Source: Candidatus Zixiibacteriota bacterium (GTDB lineage: Bacteria; Zixibacteria; MSB-5A5; GN15; JAAZOE01). Taken from it: 64,000 nt of DNA. Made by a program: the position numbers and the translations under genes. This document shows positions 29,520 to 39,207 of this stretch, piece by piece. The DNA is taken from positions 32,001-96,000 of the forward strand of contig JBDREQ010000073.1 of the NCBI GenBank assembly GCA_043819555.1, given 5' to 3'. The notes beneath the pieces were generated by a model. The model did no database searches. It saw only the letters and a list, made by a program, of their open reading frames with translations, and was not told where the DNA came from. Position 1 is the stretch's first letter, and each line of letters opens with the position of its first letter.

Positions 29520-31714
29520 TGGAACGCAATATAAATCTTAGCGAAAAAAATCTTCAAACAGATATCAGGAAACTGACCCAGGCAATAGTACATGAGTTGT
29601 TCTTAATCTGCCGCAAAGCCGGGATATATGCGATCGATCATCCAATGGTTGTTGAGGGACTGTCCAAACCGTTTCTGGGATTGCAACGCCTGTTCGGATT
29701 CAAAAAATATTGTATTTTGTATTTCACAGAGGGGCGATTGTACGCCAACAATATCCTGATGACCGACGCCGGAGCCGTGAATTATCTAAAAGATAAGATG
29801 CATGAACTCGATCTCAAATCAATCGCTTTTGAAGAAAACATTACCGCTGTGGGATTTACCGCCTTTGTCGAAAGATTCGTTGGACGCGTAAATCCTTCTC
29901 ACCCCGATTACGCTATGGAATCATATTTAGAGAGGCGGCGAATAACAACGGTTTTAATCAATAATGACCTGATTGAAAAATTATATAATACCGGCCTGCG
30001 TTATCGCGAAATGCAGCTTGATGATTTTTCCGTCAGGCGAATGGTGACCGATTATTTTTCAGGCGATATCAATCTTGCGGTAAAACTCTTATCCGCCGAT
30101 TTCAACGAAACCAGTGAACAGGTGGAATCAACCGGGATAGATTATCATCGAGAAATAGTCCGGTATATTCTGCCGGAGAAATTTGCCGAATTGCAATCTT
30201 CTGAATTGCTGTCTATGGCCTTGAAGATTTTGGAGGAAAATCCCTCCGGCGACGGGAACTTACCGGATGAATTGATTCAACTTATTCGTTCTTTTAATTT
30301 CCACCCGCGCCGCGACGAATTAATCAACAAAGTCCAGTCGTATTTAATGGATCAAGGTTTCAAATCGAATCTGCTCGGAAATTGTCTGTCAGAGCCGGCA
30401 TCAATTAAATTGCAGGCGGTTCAGGATATTGATCGAATTGGCGATGATGTTTATTCCGAAAAGTACCAGGAAGCGCTTTATTGTGAATTCCACGATGCCT
30501 TTATAAGACTATTGCGAACCAGGCAGATTGGCAAAGCGGCCAGCGTCGCCGAGAAGATTGTGAGGAACCTTGCGTCCGATACTGCCATTTATCGCCAGCA
30601 TTCAATCTATCTTTTAAAAGATATTATTGCCACTAGTACAAACGCCGGTGAAAACGAGTTTTTGGACGCGATTTTGCTCCTGATGCAGGCTTTGTACACT
30701 CGCGGGTTGGAATCATTTGAATTCTCGGAAGTTGTATTTGAGCTATTAAATGTTATGATTTCTCTGCAGAGATATAAAGCCGTCGCGGAATTTTTAAATA
30801 CTCTCAGCTCAAGCCGCCATTATGAGAATGGGGTTTTGGTTTATGATTCGGTTACTGTCCGGAGAATCTTTGAAGTGATGGATAATAAGGAGTTAATTTC
30901 TCAATTAATGAGAGAAATCCGAACCCCGAATGGCACTCTCATAAAACAGGTTCGAGAAATTTTAATTGCCCTGCAATCAGAAGAAGTCGCCCTTCAATTA
31001 GCAGAAATAGTGATTCACCCCAACCGCCAAATCAGGCAGCATAGTCTGAAGATATTATCGGAATCAGGTCGACCTGCAATAAAAGTCTTTTCAGATATCC
31101 TGAGAGATGAATCAAATTTCATGCGGTCCTTTGATCGCCGCGAATTGCCCGATGACAAGTGGTATCTAATCAGAAATGCCATTTTTGTCCTGGGGAATTT
31201 AGGCGGAACGGAAGCCTGCGAGGCTTTAAGGTGCAGATTGTCTGATTCCGATGTCAGGGTTCGTCTTGAAATTATCAAAGCCCTTGAGAAAATAGACGCC
31301 AATGTATCTGCTGATTTATTAATGCTCCTGGCTGAAGATTCTGATAGTTCCGTCCGTGAAGCGGCTATCATTGTTTTGGGTTTGAAAAAAAGAAGAGATT
31401 TGTTCCCCTTTTATACTGATCTGATCGAAAAACAAAAAGGTGAAACCGATCGCATTATTAACGCCATGGCGCTAACCGGTGCTTTGGAAGCAAGGGATTA
31501 TCTCTGGGAGCTTTTGCAAAGCAAACATAAGCTAAAAGAACTATCATCAAGTAAACTATCAGTAAATGTCCTTCAATCTACAATCGTCAAGGCTCTTGAA
31601 AAGATCGGCGACGATGAATTGAAGAAAAAACTTGAAAATTTTAAACCGGATTTCCAAAATAATTTATCAAAAACTGCCAAAGTCATTTTAAATAAACTGA
31701 ATCCGAAACAATAA
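29519..31714 (+). CDS. HEAT-repeat protein
   Basis: C-terminal PBS/HEAT repeats (WYLIRNAIFVLGNLG, DSDVRVRLEIIKALEKI, DSDSSVREAAI); N-terminal IYAIDHP motif. Confidence 0.8.
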   Translation: MERNINLSEKNLQTDIRKLTQAIVHELFLICRKAGIYAIDHPMVVEGLSKPFLGLQRLFGFKKYCILYFTEGRLYANNILMTDAGAVNYLKDKMHELDLKSIAFEENITAVGFTAFVERFVGRVNPSHPDYAMESYLERRRITTVLINNDLIEKLYNTGLRYREMQLDDFSVRRMVTDYFSGDINLAVKLLSADFNETSEQVESTGIDYHREIVRYILPEKFAELQSSELLSMALKILEENPSGDGNLPDELIQLIRSFNFHPRRDELINKVQSYLMDQGFKSNLLGNCLSEPASIKLQAVQDIDRIGDDVYSEKYQEALYCEFHDAFIRLLRTRQIGKAASVAEKIVRNLASDTAIYRQHSIYLLKDIIATSTNAGENEFLDAILLLMQALYTRGLESFEFSEVVFELLNVMISLQRYKAVAEFLNTLSSSRHYENGVLVYDSVTVRRIFEVMDNKELISQLMREIRTPNGTLIKQVREILIALQSEEVALQLAEIVIHPNRQIRQHSLKILSESGRPAIKVFSDILRDESNFMRSFDRRELPDDKWYLIRNAIFVLGNLGGTEACEALRCRLSDSDVRVRLEIIKALEKIDANVSADLLMLLAEDSDSSVREAAIIVLGLKKRRDLFPFYTDLIEKQKGETDRIINAMALTGALEARDYLWELLQSKHKLKELSSSKLSVNVLQSTIVKALEKIGDDELKKKLENFKPDFQNNLSKTAKVILNKLNPKQ

Positions 31715-31718
31715 TATG

Positions 31719-31792
31719 AGCCAGTATGGCATATGAAGATAATAATAATGCCATTATGGCATAAATAAATATCAATAATGGCAGTATCGCAA
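31719..31792. promoter_or_regulatory. Three phased palindromic sites (30-bp period), candidate enhancer array for dnaK
   Basis: GCCAGTATGGCA at 31720, GCCATTATGGCA at 31750, GGCAGTATCGCA at 31780. Confidence 0.65.
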
Positions 31793-31848
31793 GTCTTCCA
31801 TAATTAATATATCCAGTAACAGTATTAACTACAACAAGTTATATCCTT

Positions 31849-31864
31849 TGGCACAATATTTGAT
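31849..31864 (+). promoter_or_regulatory. Sigma54-like promoter upstream of dnaK
   Basis: TGGCACAATATTTGAT: perfect -24 element, TTGAT instead of TTGCW at -12, correct spacing. Confidence 0.6.
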
Positions 31865-31900
31865 GTATATTTGATAAAAAGCGCTAAAAGGAGAATAAAA

Positions 31901-33820
31901 ATGAGCAAAAAAATAATTGGAATTGATTTAGGAACCACCAATTCATGTCTTGCTGTCATCGAGGGACAGGAAGCAAAAGTCATAAATAACCCTGAGGGCG
32001 GAAGAACAACGCCTTCGGTTGTTGCTTTTGACAAAAAAGGCGAGCGATTGGTTGGTGCAGTCGCAAAGCGCCAAGCCGTTACCAATCCTGAAAATACCGT
32101 ATTTTCAATTAAGAGATTAATGGGCCGGGTATATGATGAAATTACTCAGGAATTGAAAAACTTCCCATACAAAGTAAAAAAGAACGGCAATGGCGAGCCG
32201 CTGGTTATGCTGAACGGAAAAGAATATGCACCGCCTCAGATTTCAGCGATGGTGCTTTCTTATCTGAAGAAGGCTGCCGAAGATTATCTTGGACATGAAG
32301 TCAAAGAGGCGGTTATTACCGTTCCGGCGTATTTTAACGATCGCCAGCGTCAGGCGACCAAGGATGCGGGGCGGATAGCGGGATTGGACGTTAAGAGAAT
32401 TATCAACGAACCGACTGCCGCGGCTTTGGCTTATGGACTCGATAAAAAGAAATCAGGTAAAATCGCTGTTTATGACTTGGGCGGCGGTACATTTGATATT
32501 TCAATTCTTGAACTTTCCGATGGAGTTTTTGAAGTCCTGTCAACCAATGGTGATACGCATCTGGGCGGTGATGATTTCGATAAACGAATCATCGATTGGC
32601 TGGTTGCGGAATTCAAAAAAACCGATGGGATTGATTTGTCGAAAGACCCGATGGCATTGCAGCGGTTGAGAGAAGCGGCTGAAAAAGCAAAAATTGAATT
32701 GTCATCGACACTTGAGACAAATATTAATCTGCCATTTGTAACCGCCGATTCGTCCGGCCCCAGACATTTGAATTTATCTCTTGGCCGGGCAAAATTCGAG
32801 CAGTTGGTTGACGATTTGATTGAGCGGTCAATTACTCCGGTGAGAAAAGCTATTGAAGATGCTGGTGTTAATTTCTCTGATATCAATGACGTCGTTATGG
32901 TCGGAGGTATGACCCGAATGCCCAAAGTCGTCGAACGGGTCAGTAAACTGTTTGGCAGAGAGCCGAATAGGGGAGTAAATCCGGATGAAGTTGTTGCCAT
33001 GGGTGCGGCTTTGCAGGGAGGTGTTTTAACCGGAGCTGTCAACGATTTGCTTCTTCTTGATGTTACACCCTTGTCGCTCGGAATTGAGACTCTGGGCGGT
33101 GTTGATACTGTAATTATCGAACGCAACACGACGATTCCGACAAAAAAATCACAGGTTTTCTCGACGGCGCAGGAAAACCAGCCTTCGGTTGAGGTGCATG
33201 TCCTCCAGGGTGAGCGCAAGATGGCCATCGATAATAAAACCATCGGGCGTTTTCATCTCGATGGGATTCCTCCCGCGCCGCGCGGTATGCCTCAGATTGA
33301 AGTGACTTTTGATATCAATGCCGACGGTATTCTTGAAGTTTCTGCTCAGGATAAAGGCACCGGCAAAAAGCAATCGGTGCGCATCGAGGCTTCATCGGGT
33401 TTGAACGAATCGGAAATCGAGAAAATGGTCAACGATGCCAAGTCGCATCAATCGGAAGACGAACAAAAGCATAAGAAAGTTCAGATTCGCAATGAGGCTG
33501 ACCAGGCGGTCTTTATGGCGGAGAAGAATCTTAAAGATATGGGTGACAAACTCGATGCTGACAACAAAGCCAAAATCGAAGCGGCCATATCCCGTGTGAA
33601 AGAGACTTTAAAAGGCGAAAACACCGACGAGATTAAATCGGCTTCAGACGATTTGACCGCCGCATGGCATGCCGCCGCGCAGAATATATATCAGCAACAG
33701 GCGCAGCAGCAGGGACCGCAATCAGGACCGGATATGAATCATGAGCAGGCTTCACAAACGCAATCTGCGGATGATAGCAATACTGTCGATGCCGACTACG
33801 AAGTAGTTGATGAAGAATAG
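31901..33820 (+). CDS. dnaK: Chaperone DnaK (Hsp70)
   Basis: [36 protein letters not shown], tail [13 protein letters not shown] at 31901 after AAGGAG. Confidence 0.98.
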   Translation: MSKKIIGIDLGTTNSCLAVIEGQEAKVINNPEGGRTTPSVVAFDKKGERLVGAVAKRQAVTNPENTVFSIKRLMGRVYDEITQELKNFPYKVKKNGNGEPLVMLNGKEYAPPQISAMVLSYLKKAAEDYLGHEVKEAVITVPAYFNDRQRQATKDAGRIAGLDVKRIINEPTAAALAYGLDKKKSGKIAVYDLGGGTFDISILELSDGVFEVLSTNGDTHLGGDDFDKRIIDWLVAEFKKTDGIDLSKDPMALQRLREAAEKAKIELSSTLETNINLPFVTADSSGPRHLNLSLGRAKFEQLVDDLIERSITPVRKAIEDAGVNFSDINDVVMVGGMTRMPKVVERVSKLFGREPNRGVNPDEVVAMGAALQGGVLTGAVNDLLLLDVTPLSLGIETLGGVDTVIIERNTTIPTKKSQVFSTAQENQPSVEVHVLQGERKMAIDNKTIGRFHLDGIPPAPRGMPQIEVTFDINADGILEVSAQDKGTGKKQSVRIEASSGLNESEIEKMVNDAKSHQSEDEQKHKKVQIRNEADQAVFMAEKNLKDMGDKLDADNKAKIEAAISRVKETLKGENTDEIKSASDDLTAAWHAAAQNIYQQQAQQQGPQSGPDMNHEQASQTQSADDSNTVDADYEVVDEE

Positions 33821-33863
33821 AGCATACTTTAACATAGATTGAGGGCATGAATTGCTCTCTGGT

Positions 33864-33891
33864 AAAGGGGCTTTTCAAAAAGCCCCTTTTT
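33864..33891 (+). terminator. Intrinsic terminator after dnaK
   Basis: AAAGGGGCTTTT-C-AAAAAGCCCCTTTTT. Confidence 0.8.
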
Positions 33892-33903
33892 GATAGCAAT
33901 TGT

Positions 33904-34021
33904 GTAGGTCGGGTTCCGAGCGAAGCGAGAAACCCGAAATTAGATTGCATAAAACAAAAGATTGACCCGAAGACAAAAGAGACATAGTTTCCTGTAAGTC
34001 GAAACCCCAGCGGTTTCGACA
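33904..34021 (+). repeat. Two GTAG-type REP-like hairpins
   Basis: GTAG-GTCGGGTT...AACCCGA (33904-33937) and GTAA-GTCGAAACC-CCAGC-GGTTTCGAC-A (33994-34021). Confidence 0.6.
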
Positions 34022-34028
34022 AAAAATT

Positions 34029-34616
34029 ATGAAGAAAGAACCGTTTGACATACTGGGCATCAGCAAAGACGCCGGTCAGGGCGAAATCAAATCCGCCTTC
34101 AGGCGATTGGCAAAAAAGTATCATCCCGATATTGTCGGCGGAACTGGTGAAAAATTCAAACGGATACTTCTGGCCTACGAACAAATCGCCGGGTACGCTC
34201 ATGGCGAAGGAGAAACGGTCGAGGATTTTGATTTTGAAGTCAATGTCAGGATAGATCGAAAGAGACAAATTCAGGATTTATTCGATGATTTCAAAGATGG
34301 CATGTTAACCTTTTTTGATATCGGCAAGCCTGAATTTTTGAACCTGTTTTTAGAATTGACTTCCGAACAAGCCTCAAGAGGAGGCAAAATAAAAGTCAAT
34401 CTCCCGCTGACGCGCAAATGTAAAAAATGTTATGGCTTTGGACAAATACTTTTTATAGCATGCAAAAAATGCGGCGGAAGTGGGGAAGAGGTATACAAAA
34501 AGAGTACTCTTTTGGAATTCCCGTCAGGAGTATCAAACGGAACGGCAGCCAAACAGCACATAGATAATCTGTTTCTGACGGTCGTGTTTAAGATAGTCGC
34601 TAAAGGAAAAGATTAA
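34029..34616 (+). CDS. Short J-domain protein with half zinc finger
   Basis: J domain with YHPD; only two CxxCxGxG repeats (CKKCYGFG, CKKCGGSG); truncated C-terminal domain. Confidence 0.8.
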   Translation: MKKEPFDILGISKDAGQGEIKSAFRRLAKKYHPDIVGGTGEKFKRILLAYEQIAGYAHGEGETVEDFDFEVNVRIDRKRQIQDLFDDFKDGMLTFFDIGKPEFLNLFLELTSEQASRGGKIKVNLPLTRKCKKCYGFGQILFIACKKCGGSGEEVYKKSTLLEFPSGVSNGTAAKQHIDNLFLTVVFKIVAKGKD

Positions 34617-34619
34617 TAG

Positions 34620-35771
34620 ATGGCCCGTGATTATTATAAAATTCTTGGTGTGGATGAAAACGCCAAAACCGATGAGATAAAGCGAAAATATCGAGAACTG
34701 GCCAAAAAATATCATCCCGATCACAATAAGGGCGACAAACAGGCCGAGGAAAAATTCAAAGAAATCTCGGGAGCCTACGATGTCCTCAAGGATGATAAAA
34801 AACGCCAGCAATACGATACCATGCGCAAATTCGGCGGATTCGATCCTCGTCAGGGAGGGGGAGGATTTCCCGGAGGGGGAGGGCGGTTTTATACCAACGG
34901 CGATTTCAGGCAGGCATTCGGCGGTAATTTTGACATGAACGATCTTTCCGGTCTGGGCGGTTTGGGCGATATCTTCAGTTCACTCTTCGGCGATAATATC
35001 CGCACCCGGGCGCGTCAACGCGGTCGCGGAGGTCCGCCTCCAAACGCTCCCCGCAAGGGCCGCGATATCCGCATCACAATGAAAATATCGGTTGAACAAT
35101 CGGCGACAGGCATTGCCAAAAAAATCAAAATGCATCTGCCGGAATCATGCTCGACCTGTTCGGCGACGGGATACGTTTCCGGAGGTGAACAAAGAGTATG
35201 CTCGCGCTGCAAAGGCACCGGGCAGGTGACGCATACGCAGGGAGCTTTCGCAATTTCACGGCCATGCCCATCGTGCCTCGGGCGAGGCGTTGAACCGGGA
35301 CAGATTTGCGGCCGATGCCGGGGAACAGGTGCGGTCAAAAAACGCAAAACGATTTCAGTCAAGATTCCTGCGGGAATCGAACACAACGGAACGGTGAGGC
35401 TCAAGGGCCTCGGATATCCGGGAAAAAACAGTGGCCCTCAGGGCGATTTAATCATAAAGGTCATAATTATGGACGATCAAAAATTCAAACGGGAAGGCAG
35501 TGATATTCATACTACGGTGGACATCAGTTTTCCTCAAGCGGCGCTGGGCGCCAAAGTACCGGTGCAGACGCTTTCCAAAAAAGTTATGCTCAACGTCCCC
35601 GCCGGAACTCAGCCGGGTTCGCTTCTCAGACTCCGAGGCGCGGGACTGAAAGTCGGTGACAAATCCGGCGATCTGTTCGTGACCGTCAATGTCAAAGTCC
35701 CCACCAATCTGACGGACAAACAAAAAGAGCTGTTGCAGGAATTTGAGGAATTGACTATGCAGGCGGCATAA
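34620..35771 (+). CDS. dnaJ: Chaperone DnaJ
   Basis: DYYKILGV..YHPD, G/F-rich region, four CxxCxxxG repeats, complete C-terminal domains. Confidence 0.95.
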   Translation: MARDYYKILGVDENAKTDEIKRKYRELAKKYHPDHNKGDKQAEEKFKEISGAYDVLKDDKKRQQYDTMRKFGGFDPRQGGGGFPGGGGRFYTNGDFRQAFGGNFDMNDLSGLGGLGDIFSSLFGDNIRTRARQRGRGGPPPNAPRKGRDIRITMKISVEQSATGIAKKIKMHLPESCSTCSATGYVSGGEQRVCSRCKGTGQVTHTQGAFAISRPCPSCLGRGVEPGQICGRCRGTGAVKKRKTISVKIPAGIEHNGTVRLKGLGYPGKNSGPQGDLIIKVIIMDDQKFKREGSDIHTTVDISFPQAALGAKVPVQTLSKKVMLNVPAGTQPGSLLRLRGAGLKVGDKSGDLFVTVNVKVPTNLTDKQKELLQEFEELTMQAA

Positions 35772-35891
35772 GCTGCAAATTGCATAAATTCAGAATTAGA
35801 TGGATATTTATATTACCGGTAATGGAAAATAGCTTGTATAGAGTAAACTTTAATCTTATACTTTTACATTTGATAGGAAGGAATATCCAAG

Positions 35892-37242
35892 TTGAATATT
35901 TACAGGTATAAGACGATAAGGGATTATCTGTTATATATTATACCATTGCGGAGAGCCGAAGCCTTTATTTTTATTATTGACGCTATATTATTTTTGTTAC
36001 TTTTGATATTCACTGATTTTGAAACACTTTTAAGTTATTCATTGAATGAAAATTGGATAGTTTTGCTGTTTTTTTGTTATGTTGGGTTTAAAGTTCTTTG
36101 GCGCATCTATAAGTTTTATCGTGTAATTTCAAAAATGTTTGGGGCCGACTATAAATTAACTATAGCAGAAACCGTTACTTTTTTCAGAAGAAATGCTTAT
36201 CAAATGGGAATGGAGTGCAGATTAGAAGACATTAAGCTATCATCAAATGACAAAAATAATGACTTTAAACTAGTGAAAATTACATGTGGCGACTCCATGG
36301 ATATAATAGCGCTTTCACGATTATTGAATTTCAAGCTTTGGGATGCTAAGGATTATAAAATCTCAATAAAAAAGAGCAGAACTAAAATCTTACGCAATAT
36401 TTTTAGAGAAAAATCTTATCATTATATTGAAATACTTAAGTACTATATACATGATGCACTCATAAATAAGAAACTGTTCCACAATGAGAAAAAACTCTGC
36501 ATCTCAGGTGATATATTTCACTCAACCGAATCAGTGATATGTCATCGTGGTTCATATTTTGATTCATACTTAACTAATGAATTATATACAAAAGCCATTT
36601 ATAGGGAAATCGGTTCTAAAAAGGATATGTTTTTGTGATGGTACAATGTACTATCCGATTTTAATTAATGAATATGGGATGCCGGAATTACAACCCTTAA
36701 GTCTTTCTCTCGTTGATAATCACATAGGCGTCTGTCTAGTGGCCATAACCCGTGATAATTATCTCCTTATTTGGGAGCAGCATAAACAAACGGTTATTTA
36801 TCCTGAATTTTTGGTTAGTTCTGCATCGGGATCTGTTGATTGGGGAGATCTAGATAAAAAAAATAAGAGCTTATTAAAGACTATTGAAAATGCAATGAAA
36901 AGAGAATTGGTTGAAGAAAATGAAATGAATAGTCCACCAGAAATATGTATCAAGGTAATTGGATTTTACCGACAATTATCCAGATGCGGAAAACCTGAAT
37001 TTATTGGGATTACAAGAATTAGAAATATGGACCGTTCTGATATTTCCCCCCTAGAGGGTATAGAACCATCTAATGATTTATCATTTGAGCTTTATGTGCC
37101 AACAATTGACCAATTGATTCTTTCTGTTAAAAACGCGTTGGAAAGTCCCAAGTTATCGCCATCTTTATCGGGGACTTTTTATTGCTTATATGAATATTTG
37201 ACAGGCCAAAAGAGCCAAGCAGAAAAATTATTGTATAAGTAA
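35892..37242 (+). pseudogene. Frameshifted gene (ORFs 35892-36638 and 36577-37242) encoding a 2TM plus NUDIX-like protein
   Basis: ORF1 has two N-terminal TMs. ORF2 (+1 frame) has SASGSVDWGD...AMKRELVEE (NUDIX-box-like) and GKPEF. Removing one base near the A5 (36618-36622) or T5 (36630-36634) run fuses them. Visibly AT-rich. Confidence 0.6.
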
Positions 37243-37337
37243 TTTATATGTCAGAAGAAGGATAGTATCTCCGACTGAATGGCCCATCTCAAGAATAGGC
37301 GTACCGTTTTTTGAGGTGGATTCCCGCTTTGAAACGA

Positions 37338-37384
37338 ATGCAATTATCCCACAAATCCATCGCAATTTAAGAAATCATCCGCAT
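37338..37384. repeat. 47-bp dispersed repeat, copy 1
   Basis: 40/47 identical to 55238-55284 by manual alignment. Confidence 0.75.
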
Positions 37385-37454
37385 ATTTATATTCCTGTGC
37401 CGTGCAGGTGTCCACACCTGCGCAGAAAAAAGGTCGGTCATCTACGCGACAGCT

Positions 37455-37514
37455 AAAAACAGGTTCCACCTATTCCCCTCTTGAGAAGGGTGCCGCAAGC
37501 GGCGGGGTGTGTTA
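37455..37514. repeat. Dispersed TTCCCCTCTTGAGA...GGGGTGTGTTA palindromic repeat, copy 1
   Basis: Shares AAAAACAGG, TTCCCCTCTTGAGA and CGGGGTGTGTTA with 52885-52954. Confidence 0.75.
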
Positions 37515-37653
37515 TTAATCACCATCGATTTGGTTACGAATAACCAAAAAAGACAGAGCAAAGCCAATTTGCTGTAAAGTACACGGCGATATAAACTAAG
37601 GCGGAATTTACAAAAACAGAGTGTGGATAACTCTTTCTTTTTGTATAAAATTT

Positions 37654-37748
37654 GTCATCGCGAGGAGGCCGAAGGCCGACGTGGCGATCTGTCCTCAGTC
37701 ATCCAAAGCCCACAGATTGCCACGCTCACTTTGTTCGCTCGCAATGAC
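37654..37748. repeat. GTCAT(C/T)GCGAG...CTCGCAATGAC palindromic element (CGTC-type/RPE-like)
   Basis: Terminal inverted repeats GTCATCGCGAG and CTCGCAATGAC; internal GTGGCGATCT and AGATTGCCAC. Confidence 0.75.
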
Positions 37749-37767
37749 AGTGATTGTTTTTAATTCT

Positions 37768-37859
37768 GTAGGGATGGAGCCCAGCGGGCTCCATCCAAAA
37801 AAGCCTTTCGACAACTCGAGAGATGTCGCTACACAACAAAGAGAATTGTCGAATCCTAC
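37768..37859. repeat. Inverted pair of GTAG REP hairpins (BIME/REPIN-like)
   Basis: GTAG-GGATGGAGCCC-AGC-GGGCTCCATCC-A (37768-37797) facing TTCGACAA...TTGTCGAA-TCCTAC (37807-37859). Confidence 0.7.
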
Positions 37860-37945
37860 TGAAGCAAACAATCTTATACGTTTTTTGTATAATATTGTGG
37901 ATAAATATCGTAACTTGATTCAAAATGAAGGCGTCTTAAGTACAG

Positions 37946-38503
37946 ATGGAGTTGATGAGAGAGAGTTTTTGGAAACTACTGGAACCGGACTATTTCCGAG
38001 CGATGATGTTCTGTCGAAAATTAATAGGCGATCGTGACGCGGGAGACGACCTGTATCAGGATGCTTTGATAAACGCCCTAAACGGTTTTTCAACACTGAA
38101 AGAGCAGTCCTCCTTCAGACCATGGCTTTATAGAATAATCGTCAATACATTTCACAGCGCCAACCGGCGGCCGTGGTGGAAACGAATGATTCCAATCACC
38201 TCCGAAATCGAAAACATCCCGGCAGGCACAAATCAATTCGATACCTTGACGGCAAAAAGATGGCTTCGACAATTATTCAAAGTATTAACAAAGGAACAGC
38301 AGGCGTTAGTTACTTTGCACGAACTTGAAGGATGGCCAATTAGTGAACTCGCCGAATTATTCGGCAACACCGAAGGGGCAATAAAAGCAAAATTGTTTCG
38401 GGCCAGAATTAAAATGAAAAGCGCACTTGCAAATATTGAAAAAAAACGGCGCCAAGAAATAAGAAGTTGGACACAACCGATAAACATGAGTTTACATCTT
38501 TAA
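37946..38503 (+). CDS. ECF-type RNA polymerase sigma factor
   Basis: DLYQDA, SSFRPWLYRIIVN, LHELEGW..SELAE..G..EGAIKAKLFRAR. Confidence 0.9.
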   Translation: MELMRESFWKLLEPDYFRAMMFCRKLIGDRDAGDDLYQDALINALNGFSTLKEQSSFRPWLYRIIVNTFHSANRRPWWKRMIPITSEIENIPAGTNQFDTLTAKRWLRQLFKVLTKEQQALVTLHELEGWPISELAELFGNTEGAIKAKLFRARIKMKSALANIEKKRRQEIRSWTQPINMSLHL

Positions 38504-38516
38504 AACTGTATTAAAT

Positions 38517-39101
38517 TTGGATTATGTTATGAGAAACAAAAAGAATAATAACAAATCAGAGCGGCAAGATAAAAAACTGAACAATATTATAGAGACCGCC
38601 AGTCGAGATGATTCTAAAAATATTATCTCGCTTTCAGATATGAAATCCAATATTGAAATCCGAACAAATGCGAAATCCAAACAAAAAGAGAAATCTAAAT
38701 TTAATTTTCTGATTTTTGCCCGAAAGCCAGCTTACTCAATAACTCTGGCAACGTTTACAATTATCCTGATAATCTCAGCAGCGCTTCCATTAAAATACAA
38801 AAAAACAATCGGATATGAAGTCGCCTTTTCCGGGGTGGATAGAAATCTGTATGACAATAACAATATATTCTGCGATTTACTGCAATATCTGGAGCTTTAC
38901 GACGCTGATATAGATTTCCAGGGGTGTCAATCATCCTGCAGTCTGGTGGTATTCGATTTGAAAACCGAAGAAGAGGCGATGATGGTGGTCTCGGCCTTTA
39001 CCCAAATCGACGCGGATAAGATGAAACCTCAAGTCATATCGATTCAAACAAATGAATCGAAAACACTATTAGATCATGCTAATGAGAAGCTTTTAAATTA
39101 A
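38517..39101 (+). CDS. Putative membrane anti-sigma factor
   Basis: Directly downstream of the ECF sigma; cytoplasmic N-terminus, one TM, extracytoplasmic domain with Cys residues. Confidence 0.55.
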   Translation: MDYVMRNKKNNNKSERQDKKLNNIIETASRDDSKNIISLSDMKSNIEIRTNAKSKQKEKSKFNFLIFARKPAYSITLATFTIILIISAALPLKYKKTIGYEVAFSGVDRNLYDNNNIFCDLLQYLELYDADIDFQGCQSSCSLVVFDLKTEEEAMMVVSAFTQIDADKMKPQVISIQTNESKTLLDHANEKLLN

Positions 39102-39207
39102 ATATGTAAATCCTGAGCCGGCGCCGGCTTTTAACCCGATCACAGGTATTTGCGTTCGCACATAAACAACTCAAAAATATAAAAAGAGATCGGGTTATGT
39201 TTGGTCG

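Noticed and set aside
31719..31792. 30-bp periodic repeats as a mini-CRISPR
   Set aside because: Repeat units are about 12 bp with 18-bp AT-rich gaps, there are only three, and no cas gene is present; position fits enhancer sites.
31860..31900. CIRCE element before dnaK
   Set aside because: Only a partial right half (AGCGCTAA); no TTAGCACTC arm at the required spacing.
32470..33243. 257-aa antisense ORF inside dnaK
   Set aside because: Long antisense frames opposite dnaK are a familiar codon-pattern artefact; it is fully nested in a conserved gene.
33633..34268. 211-aa minus-strand ORF and the many other short alternative-frame ORFs in the track
   Set aside because: They overlap well-supported genes, terminators or repeats and show no recognisable motifs.
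37243..37945. Replication origin
   Set aside because: Only two DnaA boxes, no dnaA/dnaN/gidA context, and the region is dominated by dispersed repeats.
37621..38037. 138-aa ORF upstream of the ECF sigma
   Set aside because: It is translated palindromic repeat sequence and overlaps the sigma gene out of frame.
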